This document shows, piece after piece, positions 10,032-20,179 of a stretch of 64,000 nt of DNA. This DNA comes from a virus. Under the pieces are notes generated by a model. The model was not told the origin of the DNA. It did no database searches and saw only the letters and a list, made by a program, of their open reading frames with translations. A program made the translations under genes and the position numbers. Position 1 is the first letter of the stretch, and each line of letters opens with the position of its first letter. The stretch is from IMG/VR virus record IMGVR_UViG_3300044846_004119, positions 113,136 through 177,135 of that record. One strand, given 5' to 3'.

Positions 10032-10787
10032 ATGTCATACACTTCCGAGTCAATTAAATCAACCGCACCAGCAGTATTTGCAACGTTCCCATCTCAAAAG
10101 ATGTCGGATAAGTATGTTTTCGTACCAACATTTGAAATTCTTGAGAATTTTGAACGTGAGGGATGGCAATTATCATCTGTTAAACAAACAGGTCGTGGTG
10201 AACATGGTGTTCACGAATTAAGATTTCGTAATGGGGAATTACCTAAAGTTGGTGATTCAATCGTAGAGGCAATTATTCGTAACTCGCATAACGGATTGGC
10301 AACATTCTCAGTTAGTGCTGGCCTTCATCGATTAGTATGTAGTAACGGTTTAACGGTACCTACGTCACTTTCTGAGTCATTCAACCTTAGACATCAAAGA
10401 TTTGATTTAAATGAGGTAAAACAACTTACAGAGAGTTTTGCGGGACGGTTACCTGTAATCCAAAGGTCAGTAGACCGAATGATGAATAAAGAACTGACTT
10501 TACCTGAGAAAATTCAATTCATTAAGAAAGCTATCAACACTCGTTGGAAGACTGGTACTGTACCGCCAACTCTTGATGTTATGGAGATTATGTACCCTAA
10601 ACGTGAGGAAGATAACAAGAATGACTTATGGACGGTATTCAATGTGGTACAAGAGAAGTTTATTAAAGGTGGTCTTGAGTATCAAACACAAAGAGGTAGA
10701 AAAACATCCTTAAGAGGTTTAAGTAGTATTATGGCGGTTAACCAAGTTAATACCAAACTTTGGGAACTTGCAGAAGAGATGTGTTAA
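10032..10787 (+). CDS. DUF932/DUF945-family protein
   Basis: APAVFA..MSDKYVFVPT, NSHNG..FSVSAGLHRLVCSNGL, LWTVFNVVQE. Confidence 0.85.
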   Translation: MSYTSESIKSTAPAVFATFPSQKMSDKYVFVPTFEILENFEREGWQLSSVKQTGRGEHGVHELRFRNGELPKVGDSIVEAIIRNSHNGLATFSVSAGLHRLVCSNGLTVPTSLSESFNLRHQRFDLNEVKQLTESFAGRLPVIQRSVDRMMNKELTLPEKIQFIKKAINTRWKTGTVPPTLDVMEIMYPKREEDNKNDLWTVFNVVQEKFIKGGLEYQTQRGRKTSLRGLSSIMAVNQVNTKLWELAEEMC

Positions 10788-10791
10788 TTTA

Positions 10792-10814
10792 AATGGGGGT
10801 AATAATCCCCCATT
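10792..10814. terminator. Hairpin terminator candidate
   Basis: AATGGGGG-7nt-CCCCCATT just after stop. Confidence 0.6.
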
Positions 10815-10829
10815 CATTTAATTTAAATT

Positions 10830-12596
10830 ATGAAAGAAATTTATTCATATACTTTGACGGATTACACCACGATAAAATTCGAGGGTACTAATGATTTATG
10901 TTTTGATAAACATGAGACTGTGAATCCATTGGGGGATGACGAACCATTAAAGAAAAAAGTTACACTATCAACCGATGATTGGGATGGAGGGTATTATGGT
11001 AAATTTAAACAAGAATCTGTTAGTGAAGACAAAGAGGATTTTATTAAAAACTATGGTAATCCTTTATGTACTGTAAGGTTGTACAGAAGAACCATTGTTG
11101 TTACTGAGAAGGATAATAAGATTGCTTTAAAAATATTTGAATATAACCGAGTTAGGATTAAGGCGACCAAATATTTTAGGTTATCAACAAGAGTTGAATT
11201 TCTAACATTTAATCATACAACAAATTCATTATATACGGGTTATATTCTAGACTATCATAAAAAAAGAAAGTGTCGTAAAAAAATTAGAAGGTGTATTTTT
11301 GCTGAAGACCCAATTAATCGTTTTCGTTCTTTAATAAATTCTTTATTTGGTGACTACAATAAAAAAGTTATTGAACCTAAAATTTGGGGGAGGTCTGATT
11401 TAATTAATCATATTATTAATTTGTTTGTTAACTCAATCCCTGGCACTGAAAAATACCCTGAATTATCACCTGAGTTAAAATTATATAAACGATACTTAGA
11501 TTATTCGGGTATTAAATTCTCAAACAATTGGAGTTCGTTTATATTATATAATCCACAACCTAAAAAGGTTGAGTTGGTTAAGAATGGTATGAAATATATT
11601 GATACTATTATTAGTAACGCAGGTCTTAATGGAGATAAACTTAAACGTGTATTACATAAAGTAAAACAATGTGATTTTACAACATTATCTTATACTTATG
11701 AGGTTTTTGGTAAGAATTTTATAATGTCACAAAATGACGATATCATTAAAAAAATGATTGAAAACTCCGTGGTTAACGGTAGTGGCGTACAGGTTAATTT
11801 TACTAACAAGGAAAACCAAAACTCGTTCGATATCTTCAAGTTAGTATTAGATGGACAAATAAATTATAATACCTTCCATGACCATTTAAACTTTCATAAT
11901 TTCTTAAATAATTTAGAAACAATTAAGTGGAAGTCTTCTAATTACGAAGACTTTATGGATGAACACTTTGAGTGGTCAGAAAAACAAGCGTTCTATACGT
12001 CAGGTGACTTTAAAAGATATTATGGTGAGAAGTTTAAGTCAGAAGTTGAAAGACCGTTATTGGGTGTAAATGTTCATTTTCCTGTTTTATTGACCACTAG
12101 TAAAGAATATAATAAAGAATCTTTCATACAGTCTAATTGTGTTAAAACTTATATTAAAAAACCACACTCAGTTATTGTATCTTTAAGAAGAGATAATGTT
12201 GATTCTGAATATAGAGTGACTATTGAATACTTTATTAAGTATAGTGGTGGTAAAGTAGTTGAATTGAAAAGAGTACAATCATTAGGTAAATTTAATTATA
12301 ACTTTGGGGAAGATTGGTCAATTATTTTAGAAAACCTTGATAGACGAATAGATAACTTGGTTAAAAAAGAATTGTTTGTTTTACCTGAGATAGAATCTAT
12401 ATTTGGTCACAAAACAATCAAAAGTAAATTAGTTGAAATAGGCCCAAACCAATTTTATGATGTTCATAACAGAGGTAGTGAAACTAAATTAGATTGGGAT
12501 AATGATATGATATATAATGTTGCTTTAAAACAAAGTATATTTGATGATTTTGAACCTAATAATTTACTAAATATGATTAATGAATTAGATTTTTAA
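10830..12596 (+). CDS. PcfJ-domain protein
   Basis: C-terminal LLTTSKEYNKESFIQSNCVKTY..RVTIEY..VQSLGKFN pattern. Confidence 0.65.
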   Translation: MKEIYSYTLTDYTTIKFEGTNDLCFDKHETVNPLGDDEPLKKKVTLSTDDWDGGYYGKFKQESVSEDKEDFIKNYGNPLCTVRLYRRTIVVTEKDNKIALKIFEYNRVRIKATKYFRLSTRVEFLTFNHTTNSLYTGYILDYHKKRKCRKKIRRCIFAEDPINRFRSLINSLFGDYNKKVIEPKIWGRSDLINHIINLFVNSIPGTEKYPELSPELKLYKRYLDYSGIKFSNNWSSFILYNPQPKKVELVKNGMKYIDTIISNAGLNGDKLKRVLHKVKQCDFTTLSYTYEVFGKNFIMSQNDDIIKKMIENSVVNGSGVQVNFTNKENQNSFDIFKLVLDGQINYNTFHDHLNFHNFLNNLETIKWKSSNYEDFMDEHFEWSEKQAFYTSGDFKRYYGEKFKSEVERPLLGVNVHFPVLLTTSKEYNKESFIQSNCVKTYIKKPHSVIVSLRRDNVDSEYRVTIEYFIKYSGGKVVELKRVQSLGKFNYNFGEDWSIILENLDRRIDNLVKKELFVLPEIESIFGHKTIKSKLVEIGPNQFYDVHNRGSETKLDWDNDMIYNVALKQSIFDDFEPNNLLNMINELDF

Positions 12597-12597
12597 G

Positions 12598-12909
12598 ATG
12601 AAAGAAATTCCTTTATTTTGTGTTGAAATGTTTACCAAAAAGTATGGTGTTCATCCTAGTTTTGTTGAGGTGATGTTACCATATTCAGAATCCGCAATTA
12701 AAACGGTAATTAAGAAATCGTATTTACTATGGTACAATGACTTTGTTAATGAGAAAGGTGAAGTGTTAACTAAAGACACGTTATATGAATACGATTCAAC
12801 AGGAGTTCTTTTGTATTTTAAAAACGGTACTCATATATTTATATTAACAAAACCCGACAAGAAAAGTATTGTTGAGTTTTTTATACATAACTTAAAAAAA
12901 ATAAAATAA
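12598..12909 (+). CDS. Hypothetical protein
   Basis: 103-aa ORF in operon. Confidence 0.7.
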   Translation: MKEIPLFCVEMFTKKYGVHPSFVEVMLPYSESAIKTVIKKSYLLWYNDFVNEKGEVLTKDTLYEYDSTGVLLYFKNGTHIFILTKPDKKSIVEFFIHNLKKIK

Positions 12910-12912
12910 ACT

Positions 12913-13236
12913 ATGGAAATTACACAAGAATTATTACAGGAAAAAATTAACAACGGAGAAAAATTAGTTGTGGATTTTTGGGCACCTTGGTGTGGCCCTT
13001 GTAAAATGATGAAACCTGTTTTTGAAACCGTTGCGGAAAAATATCAAAAAGAAAATTCTGAAGTACAATTATATACATTGAATGTTGAAGAGAATAAAGA
13101 ATTTTCGTCCAAGTTAGGAATTAGAGCAATCCCTACAATAAAATCTTTTGCCAATGGTAAAGAACAATTTTCAAGACCAGGATTACAAATGGAGTCTCAA
13201 ATAAATGATATTGCAAAAAATTTATTAAATGGATAA
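12913..13236 (+). CDS. trxA: Thioredoxin
   Basis: VDFWAPWCGPCKMM, GIRAIPT. Confidence 0.95.
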   Translation: MEITQELLQEKINNGEKLVVDFWAPWCGPCKMMKPVFETVAEKYQKENSEVQLYTLNVEENKEFSSKLGIRAIPTIKSFANGKEQFSRPGLQMESQINDIAKNLLNG

Positions 13237-13513
13237 AGTATTAATTCTTTTCACAATGGAGGGTTGTCCTTTTTGTGATATAATGAAAGAACAATTAAAT
13301 GAGATTGATATCGATTATGTGGTTAGGGATATTAACGAATATGAGGAAGAATATGACATGTTTGTTGAGATTACCGAAAATGACTTTGTACCGGCATTTA
13401 TGATTATTGAATCACCTGATGAAAATCCTAAGACCATGTTATTTGCTCCTGATAGAGATTTCAATGAAATTGAAGACGGGGTTAAAATAATTAAAGAACA
13501 TTTTAATTTATAA
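13229..13513 (+). CDS. Glutaredoxin-like protein
   Basis: CPFC active site, FVPAF. Confidence 0.85.
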   Translation: MDKVLILFTMEGCPFCDIMKEQLNEIDIDYVVRDINEYEEEYDMFVEITENDFVPAFMIIESPDENPKTMLFAPDRDFNEIEDGVKIIKEHFNL

Positions 13514-13548
13514 AAATCCTTCACTGGATTTTTTTATGTATTTACGAT

Positions 13549-14073
13549 ATGAATTTGACTTTTAAAAAAAATGGTGTCACTCATCATCCTGCAAGAACTT
13601 GGGAATTAACTGACGGTAATTACATTAATATTTATCAGGGTAGTCGTGGACACAATCCAGAGTTAGATTTTATTGTTAAATATAAAACTGAAAAATCTAG
13701 ATTAAGAGCACCATCACATACTCATTGGATTGTTGATTTACTTTTAAAATGTGAACATAATCCAAATGGAGTTAATTCTTATGTAACTGAATGGTTAGAG
13801 ATATACGATGTTGCCTCAGCATTCAACTCTATTGAGGAACGTAATAATTATTGTTTAATGTATAACGATTATTTTACCGAAAAATATGATTTATTACAAA
13901 ATTTAGGTGTTTTTTCAGTTGAATTTTTATCCGCAATGATTGAATTGTTTATTAAGTGTGAAAAACAAACGCCCAATGCCTTCATGTTTAAAACCCTTTT
14001 AGTTTTAATTAAAGATTATTGTGAGGGTAAAAAAGACTTCTACCAAGTAGTGTCCTATTCTAAACGAGTTTAA
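13549..14073 (+). CDS. Hypothetical protein
   Basis: 174-aa ORF; PSHTHW motif not assigned. Confidence 0.75.
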   Translation: MNLTFKKNGVTHHPARTWELTDGNYINIYQGSRGHNPELDFIVKYKTEKSRLRAPSHTHWIVDLLLKCEHNPNGVNSYVTEWLEIYDVASAFNSIEERNNYCLMYNDYFTEKYDLLQNLGVFSVEFLSAMIELFIKCEKQTPNAFMFKTLLVLIKDYCEGKKDFYQVVSYSKRV

Positions 14074-14891
14074 AAAATAATTAAATCTTTTGTTCTATCA
14101 TGGATTAACCATGGTTTATCACTAATAGGATTATTTAAATCCTCAGAAACATCGTAGTTTAATATGGTAGTTTGAAATTTATTTAAATTAAAATCAAATA
14201 CATCCAATACCATAGATTTAATTGTTTCTTCCTGATAAATCGAATCTGAAATTATTCTTATATTAAAATCGTAATCTTGGTTTTTAAGCGTTGATATTTT
14301 GAATAATATCTTATTTGAATTAATTACTTTGAATAACTGATTACAAATATATTCTGAATAATAAAAATATAATCTACCCATACTTAAACTATGTCCGTAT
14401 GGGAATTCTGATGAAATATTAAGAGGTGAATAAGAGAAGTAACTTAATTTTGTTGTATCTTCATGACCAAAATCTAACTCAACCATGAACCCTTTATGGT
14501 CCGATACTGAATTATATTTAACAGTATTATCTGATTGAACAAAGTCAATCATTTTTTGGTTAAATGACGGTCTTTCAGTATTATAGAAGGTGAACCAATA
14601 TTCTTCCTTCTTAACTAATTCATTATTGTATAAGATTAGGTCGACAACATTTATATTATCATAACCGTACTTGTTCAACAAGGATTCGTTTTCTTTATAA
14701 AACCTTTCTTTAACGTCAGACATGTCTAATATCTTAGAAGAGTTTGTCATACCGTTTATTACAAAGAATTTACCACAATCAGTTATCTCAACTACCGTAT
14801 CGTATTTTGTATCTTTGTTTATCTCTTTTAAAACAAAATCGGCAAAACTGTTTACGATTCCTTTATTTGAATATTTATTGATGTAGTTCAT
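14070..14891 (-). CDS. Degenerate S-adenosylmethionine-synthetase (MetK)-like protein
   Basis: By-eye match to MetK N- and C-terminal segments; GHPDK, GAGDQG and GGGAFSGKD absent. Confidence 0.55.
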   Translation of the reverse strand: MNYINKYSNKGIVNSFADFVLKEINKDTKYDTVVEITDCGKFFVINGMTNSSKILDMSDVKERFYKENESLLNKYGYDNINVVDLILYNNELVKKEEYWFTFYNTERPSFNQKMIDFVQSDNTVKYNSVSDHKGFMVELDFGHEDTTKLSYFSYSPLNISSEFPYGHSLSMGRLYFYYSEYICNQLFKVINSNKILFKISTLKNQDYDFNIRIISDSIYQEETIKSMVLDVFDFNLNKFQTTILNYDVSEDLNNPISDKPWLIHDRTKDLIIF

Positions 14892-14990
14892 TTTTAATAA
14901 TTATACCAATTAATAGTAAAAATAATTTAGATTATAAATAGAAAAAGAGGTGTTTATCACCCCTTTTTAATAACAGAAATAAGAAATATA

Positions 14991-15164
14991 TTACTTCTTA
15001 TTGTAGTACTTCTCAACAACTTTCTTAATTGACTCTTGAATAGAAGAGTTATTAGTAGTTTGCCCTTGAACCTGAGCCAAAGTTTGATTTTGACTACTTT
15101 GTTGAGGGGTCGAAACTGTTTGAGGTTGAGTTTGATTTCCTTTATTTTTGCAACCGCAGCCCAT
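14991..15164 (-). CDS. Small Q-rich protein starting MGCGCK
   Basis: Not in ORF track; 57 aa MGCGCKNKGNQTQPQ...IQESIKKVVEKYYNKK. Confidence 0.75.
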   Translation of the reverse strand: MGCGCKNKGNQTQPQTVSTPQQSSQNQTLAQVQGQTTNNSSIQESIKKVVEKYYNKK

Positions 15165-15271
15165 GGTAATAATATTTAGATTTGTTTATTCTTATTTATA
15201 AATATCACCAATTAATATTTAATGTCAAGAAAATCAAGTTAAATTTATTTTATTTTCAAGTATTTATAGAC

Positions 15272-16636
15272 ATGGCAAATAAAGTGAGACTTACTGAACA
15301 GGGGTTACAACAACTAATTAAAAGAATTGTTGAGGAAGTTGATGGTGAATATTATAAAATATCACCAGAAGAATATTTAGAACTATTAAAGTTATCGGGG
15401 TATCACGGACAAGGAATTAGCAGATTACCAAAGTTTCAAGGAAAACCTTTGTGGATAACCGGTGATTTAAAAATAAGTAACACATCAACAGATTCTTTAG
15501 GGAATGTTGGTTATGTTGATGGTAGTTTAGATATATCAAACACTAAGATAAGTGACATATCAAAAATTAATGTTAAAAACCATGTATGGGATGGCGGGAC
15601 TCCAGTTCAACGAAAAAGATTGGCGGCCGAATTACAAAAAAAGAAAAATGAAATGGATGTTCTTCGCGATAACGATGAATGGAACATTAATAATACAGAT
15701 GATGTAGGTTTAAAGGCTAATGCCTTATTTAAATATTTAGTTTCTGTCGGTTTAGATGTATTAGACGAAGAGGGTCAAGAAAAATTATCTAACTTAAAAA
15801 TTGAGTTAGATAAACTACAAGACAAATATAACAACGTTGAAGAACCTGAATTAGTTTCTGGTTTATATGATGAAATTAGTGATTTAGAGGGTGATATTGA
15901 AGGTTTAGAGAATGAAAATAATGATGTTTATATCATTTCCCCAAATCGTTATAGTACCTATGGGTTACAAAGTTTTGAAGTCTTAAGCCCTGAGTTTACA
16001 GACATGGTTTATAGTGTTGGGACCTCTGATGAGATGGATGACGCGGCGTTAATATACGCTAAAAATTATATTGATGAGGTTGGACTTGATGGGTTTAATC
16101 GGGGTTTTATTGATGAATACATTGATATTAATTATCTTAGAAGTTACTTTAGTGATTGGTTTGAAGATGATATACGACAAAATTCTGAAGTTTATTTTAG
16201 TGAAGATGATTTTAAATTAACTCAAAAACAAGAAGAAGAAAAAACTAAATTAGAACAAGAGATTGAAGAATATGAAGAAAGACAAAGTAATTTAGATTTT
16301 GACACTGAAGCTCCTGAGGAATTTCATAGAATGTATGACCAAATACAAGACCACATCGATACCTTACAAGAAGAATTAGATAATATAACACCTGATGATG
16401 AACCTACCGAGGAAATGATAGAAGAACTTCTTGAAAGTAGGTTAAATGATGTTGAAGACAGTCCTATATATTATATTAAAGAATATGGTGCTGACATTAG
16501 AAATTTTATTGACGAAGACGCTTTAGCTAAAGGACTTGTTGATAGCGACGGATGGGGTGTTATGAACGGGTATGATGGAGATTATGAGGAAGTAACCGTA
16601 AATGGGCAAGATTTTTATATTATGAGAGTCGAGTAA
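15272..16636 (+). CDS. Leader-tagged acidic protein with beta-solenoid-like repeat segment
   Basis: Start at 15272 (MANKVRLTEQGL) behind TATTTATA 15261; GDLKISNT..GSLDISNT repeats. Confidence 0.8.
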   Translation: MANKVRLTEQGLQQLIKRIVEEVDGEYYKISPEEYLELLKLSGYHGQGISRLPKFQGKPLWITGDLKISNTSTDSLGNVGYVDGSLDISNTKISDISKINVKNHVWDGGTPVQRKRLAAELQKKKNEMDVLRDNDEWNINNTDDVGLKANALFKYLVSVGLDVLDEEGQEKLSNLKIELDKLQDKYNNVEEPELVSGLYDEISDLEGDIEGLENENNDVYIISPNRYSTYGLQSFEVLSPEFTDMVYSVGTSDEMDDAALIYAKNYIDEVGLDGFNRGFIDEYIDINYLRSYFSDWFEDDIRQNSEVYFSEDDFKLTQKQEEEKTKLEQEIEEYEERQSNLDFDTEAPEEFHRMYDQIQDHIDTLQEELDNITPDDEPTEEMIEELLESRLNDVEDSPIYYIKEYGADIRNFIDEDALAKGLVDSDGWGVMNGYDGDYEEVTVNGQDFYIMRVE

Positions 16637-16678
16637 AAGTATTCATTTATTTATAAAATTTTTGTATATTTTTAATAA

Positions 16679-17455
16679 ATGGAAAAGAAAGGGAGACATA
16701 AAAAAGTTGAGTTTATAATGGATACTGATTGGTTATTTCAAGGTATCTTAGATGCTGAACAAAAACAATACGTTTTATTAGACTATTTCCAAAAATTAAA
16801 TAAACATTTGGAATTAATGGAGGTCTATCCAATGTTTATTGAACTATCACTACATTTAGGGAATATTCAAACCTTACTTAATAAAAACCAAATTTTATAT
16901 ACTGATAAAAAATTTTTAACTAATGATGATGAGTTAGTATTATCGGATTTAAAAGTTAAAGACATTCCTGTTCTTGCGGACGAAGAAATTGACGAGTACC
17001 ATCAGATTTTAAAAAATACACAACCACAATTATTTTACTACTTTAATTTTGCAAAATCAATTTGGAGTATGGTGTATGATTCTGTCGATATTGTTGTAAA
17101 AAAAAATAAAAATAATTTTAAAAGTAATTCAGGGTTTTTTTATTTTAAATCTAAAAATATTGTTTATGTATGGCAATATACCACCAAAAAAGTTTATAGG
17201 GTTAAGAATCAAAGTAAAACAACTACAAAATTAGTTTACGAAGGACCACAAAATAATTTGACAATGTTAGAAATTATTTCTAAATTTTCTAAAACATATG
17301 AAAAGAACGAGGAAGTTAATAATCCTGTTTTTGAAATGTTTTGTAAAGATATATTTCCGCTTGAGGAAACGTTAATTCCAATCTTTAAAAGAAAAGTGTT
17401 AACATATATTAGTCAAAGTGGTGGTAGTAAAAAAACGGTTAAATATATAGAATAA
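16679..17455 (+). CDS. Hypothetical protein
   Basis: 258-aa ORF. Confidence 0.8.
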   Translation: MEKKGRHKKVEFIMDTDWLFQGILDAEQKQYVLLDYFQKLNKHLELMEVYPMFIELSLHLGNIQTLLNKNQILYTDKKFLTNDDELVLSDLKVKDIPVLADEEIDEYHQILKNTQPQLFYYFNFAKSIWSMVYDSVDIVVKKNKNNFKSNSGFFYFKSKNIVYVWQYTTKKVYRVKNQSKTTTKLVYEGPQNNLTMLEIISKFSKTYEKNEEVNNPVFEMFCKDIFPLEETLIPIFKRKVLTYISQSGGSKKTVKYIE

Positions 17456-17661
17456 TGGGGCTCAAAAGTAGATTTATTGATATTGATAGCATCAATCATT
17501 ACTTAAAAGGTAATGAAAAATTAGATATGTTATTTAAGGCGGATTCTTTTATTTTTATGGATGAAACTGCGTCTAAAGTTTACGAGTGGTATATTAAAAA
17601 GTTAACTGATGAAGAAATAAAATTAAAAATCAGTGAGTATTATATAAATAAAATAAAGTAA
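17455..17661 (+). CDS. Hypothetical small protein
   Basis: Coupled TAATG overlap. Confidence 0.7.
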   Translation: MGLKSRFIDIDSINHYLKGNEKLDMLFKADSFIFMDETASKVYEWYIKKLTDEEIKLKISEYYINKIK

Positions 17662-17666
17662 AAAAG

Positions 17667-18860
17667 ATGATAAAAATTGAATATGTATGGTTAGATGGAT
17701 ATGCACCAGAACCTAATTTAAGAAGTAAGATAAAAGTAATTGAAGGTGTGATTACTGATTTAACAAAAGTACCTGAATGGAACTTTGATGGTTCGTCAAC
17801 AAAACAAGCCGAAGGATATAGTTCTGATTGTATATTAAAACCCGTTCGAATATATCGTGAGAATGATTGTTATAATAAAGTGTATGTGTTTTGTGAGGTA
17901 ATGAATCCTGACGGAACACCACATGAATCAAACCATAGAACCATGTTAGGTGACGAGGTTAATGATATGTGGTTTGGGTTTGAACAAGAATATTTTATTC
18001 AAGAGGGTATTGGGAAATCAATATTAGGATTTAATCGAGGTCATATTGAAGGACAAGGTAAATACTATTGTGGTGTCGGTAGTAATGTTGTTGGACGACA
18101 ATTAGTTGAAGAACATATGGATTTATGTTTAAATATGGGGATTGAAATTACCGGAGTTAATGCTGAAGTTGCTTTGGGACAATGGGAATATCAAGTGTTT
18201 GCTAAAGGTAAAATTAAAGCTGGTGATGATTTATGGATGTCAAGATATTTGATGGAGAAATTATCTGAAAAATACGGATATCATATTAACTACCACCCAA
18301 AACCTATTACTGCGGGTGATTGGAATGGTTCGGGTTTACATACAAACTTTTCAACAAAAAAGATGAGAGAAGTTGGGGGTGAAGGTTATTTCAAAACACT
18401 ATTCAATGCGCTTGAGTCAAGAAAAGAACAACATATTGAAGTTTACGGTTCAGATAATAATCTTAGATTAACTGGTAAACATGAGACACAATCAATCCAT
18501 AAATTTAGTTGGGGGGTAAGTGACAGAGGAGCTTCAATTAGAGTTCCAAGGTTAGTTGCAGAATTATGGAAAGGGTATCTTGAAGATAGACGGCCAGCAT
18601 CCAATGCAAACCCATACGAGGTTATCAAAGCAATTAGTGATACTATTGATATGGCTGACGAATTATCGGTTACATTAAGTAATATGTTTTCAAATGTTAA
18701 TACTAAAAACTTTGATGATTTAAAATCTAAATACAATGGAATACCAACCGCAGAAGAACTTTTGGAGGAGTATAAAAATGATGATGATTATGAGTTATCT
18801 GAAAAAATGATGGAGTCTAAAGCAAATGTTAAACCAGAGTTTATTAATAACAAAAACTAA
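17667..18860 (+). CDS. glnII: Glutamine synthetase type II
   Basis: EYVWLDG, WNFDGSST, WFGFEQEY, GDWNGSGLHTNFST, DRGASIRVP, YLEDRRPASN. Confidence 0.95.
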   Translation: MIKIEYVWLDGYAPEPNLRSKIKVIEGVITDLTKVPEWNFDGSSTKQAEGYSSDCILKPVRIYRENDCYNKVYVFCEVMNPDGTPHESNHRTMLGDEVNDMWFGFEQEYFIQEGIGKSILGFNRGHIEGQGKYYCGVGSNVVGRQLVEEHMDLCLNMGIEITGVNAEVALGQWEYQVFAKGKIKAGDDLWMSRYLMEKLSEKYGYHINYHPKPITAGDWNGSGLHTNFSTKKMREVGGEGYFKTLFNALESRKEQHIEVYGSDNNLRLTGKHETQSIHKFSWGVSDRGASIRVPRLVAELWKGYLEDRRPASNANPYEVIKAISDTIDMADELSVTLSNMFSNVNTKNFDDLKSKYNGIPTAEELLEEYKNDDDYELSEKMMESKANVKPEFINNKN

Positions 18861-18868
18861 TAATATAA

Positions 18869-19168
18869 ATGAAAGATAATTGTGTGTGTAACCCAATAAA
18901 TGGGGGAGATGGTAATTGCCAGTGTGTAAATTCATCTAATGTTAACATAGAAAAAGAAATGGTAAATCATCCTGACCATTACCAATTTGGTAAAAATAAT
19001 GAATACGAAGCAATAAAAGTTATTGACGCTTGGGATTTAGGGTTTAGTTTAGGAAATGCAATAAAATATATTAGTCGTGCAGGAAAAAAAAGAAAAGATA
19101 CAGAACTTGAAGACCTCAGAAAAGGACTTTGGTACCTCCAACACCATATCGAAAACATCGAAAAATAA
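18869..19168 (+). CDS. DUF3310-family phage protein
   Basis: VNHPDHY..GFSLGNAIKYISRAGKK..EDLRKGLWYL. Confidence 0.85.
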   Translation: MKDNCVCNPINGGDGNCQCVNSSNVNIEKEMVNHPDHYQFGKNNEYEAIKVIDAWDLGFSLGNAIKYISRAGKKRKDTELEDLRKGLWYLQHHIENIEK

Positions 19169-19472
19169 AACAGGACTTAGTAAAGAAATTTCAGTTTTAG
19201 ATGCAATTACAACACCAAGTGAATTACTACGAGAAACTTTTATTAATTTTATGTGGGGATTTTTAGGTAATTCTATTGTTGTGTTTGTCGCAAAAGAATT
19301 GGACTTTTTAGTTTTAATAAATTATATTTTGTATTACGTTTTAATTTCGTATATTGTCAACAGAAAAAAATATGATACAATTTTAGGTAAGTTTATAGTT
19401 CTCCCTGGTTCGGCCGCGGGAGGAGCATTTGCGGGATATAAATTAGCTCAAATAATTACAGAAATGGTTTAA
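19077..19472 (+). CDS. Multi-TM membrane protein (start uncertain)
   Basis: Three hydrophobic segments; GTG start overlaps upstream gene. Confidence 0.65.
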   Translation: MQEKKEKIQNLKTSEKDFGTSNTISKTSKNKTGLSKEISVLDAITTPSELLRETFINFMWGFLGNSIVVFVAKELDFLVLINYILYYVLISYIVNRKKYDTILGKFIVLPGSAAGGAFAGYKLAQIITEMV

Positions 19473-19489
19473 TTAAAAAAAGATAAGAT

Positions 19490-19561
19490 ATGATAGGTAG
19501 TTTAGTGTATGTAAGTTTGTTATTGAATGTAGTATTAATTTTAAAATTGATACGCAAATGA
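19490..19561 (+). CDS. 23-aa single-TM microprotein
   Basis: MIGSLVYVSLLLNVVLILKLIRK; ATGA overlap with next ORF. Confidence 0.5.
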   Translation: MIGSLVYVSLLLNVVLILKLIRK

Positions 19562-19647
19562 TGATAGTAATGGGAATTTTAATTGTTGTTGCGATAGTGT
19601 TAACAACTGTGTTAGTGATGGACATTTTAATTGATATAATAATATGA
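19558..19647 (+). CDS. 29-aa single-TM microprotein
   Basis: MMIVMGILIVVAIVLTTVLVMDILIDIII; ATGA overlaps at both ends. Confidence 0.55.
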   Translation: MMIVMGILIVVAIVLTTVLVMDILIDIII

Positions 19648-20174
19648 AATACTACAAAATAATTTTGGCCGGTAAAGGAGCTGAACTTTACCCATTTCAA
19701 TTAAACACAAAACAATACGAAACTTTTCGTGATAACGGGGTAGAACAAGATGAGATGGAATGCGATGATATATGTGAAATATTAGAAGTTGAAAGTTTCC
19801 TTGATTCGACAAACGAATCTATTATGGGGCCTTTTGCGGATTCATTTATTTTAAGAGTTGAAGATGAGTATGGAAAAGTTGTTTATGAAACAGAAGTTTT
19901 GGATATAAAAAAAATTGATTACGAAGAAAAATATTGTAGTAATAAAGCTTTTTTAATTGTTGAAAATTATTGTAAAGGTGAACAAGTAATTTATGATATA
20001 CCACTTGAAGAAGATTTTGATATTGATAAATTAAGATTAAAAGTCTATGATGTTGGTTGTAGAGTCGAAGTAGTAAACGAAATTATATATGATGAAAAAT
20101 CATATGAAATTTATAAATCATATGGTGATACAACTAGTAAAGGATTTAATTATCATTTAACCGCAGGAATTTAA
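19644..20174 (+). CDS. Hypothetical acidic protein
   Basis: 176-aa ORF. Confidence 0.75.
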   Translation: MKYYKIILAGKGAELYPFQLNTKQYETFRDNGVEQDEMECDDICEILEVESFLDSTNESIMGPFADSFILRVEDEYGKVVYETEVLDIKKIDYEEKYCSNKAFLIVENYCKGEQVIYDIPLEEDFDIDKLRLKVYDVGCRVEVVNEIIYDEKSYEIYKSYGDTTSKGFNYHLTAGI

Positions 20175-20179
20175 AAATT

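Noticed and set aside
14991-15164. Eukaryotic myristoylation signal (MGC) implying a giant eukaryotic virus
   Set aside because: Bacteroidota promoters, operon coupling, SmpB and T9SS-type domains point to a bacteriophage.
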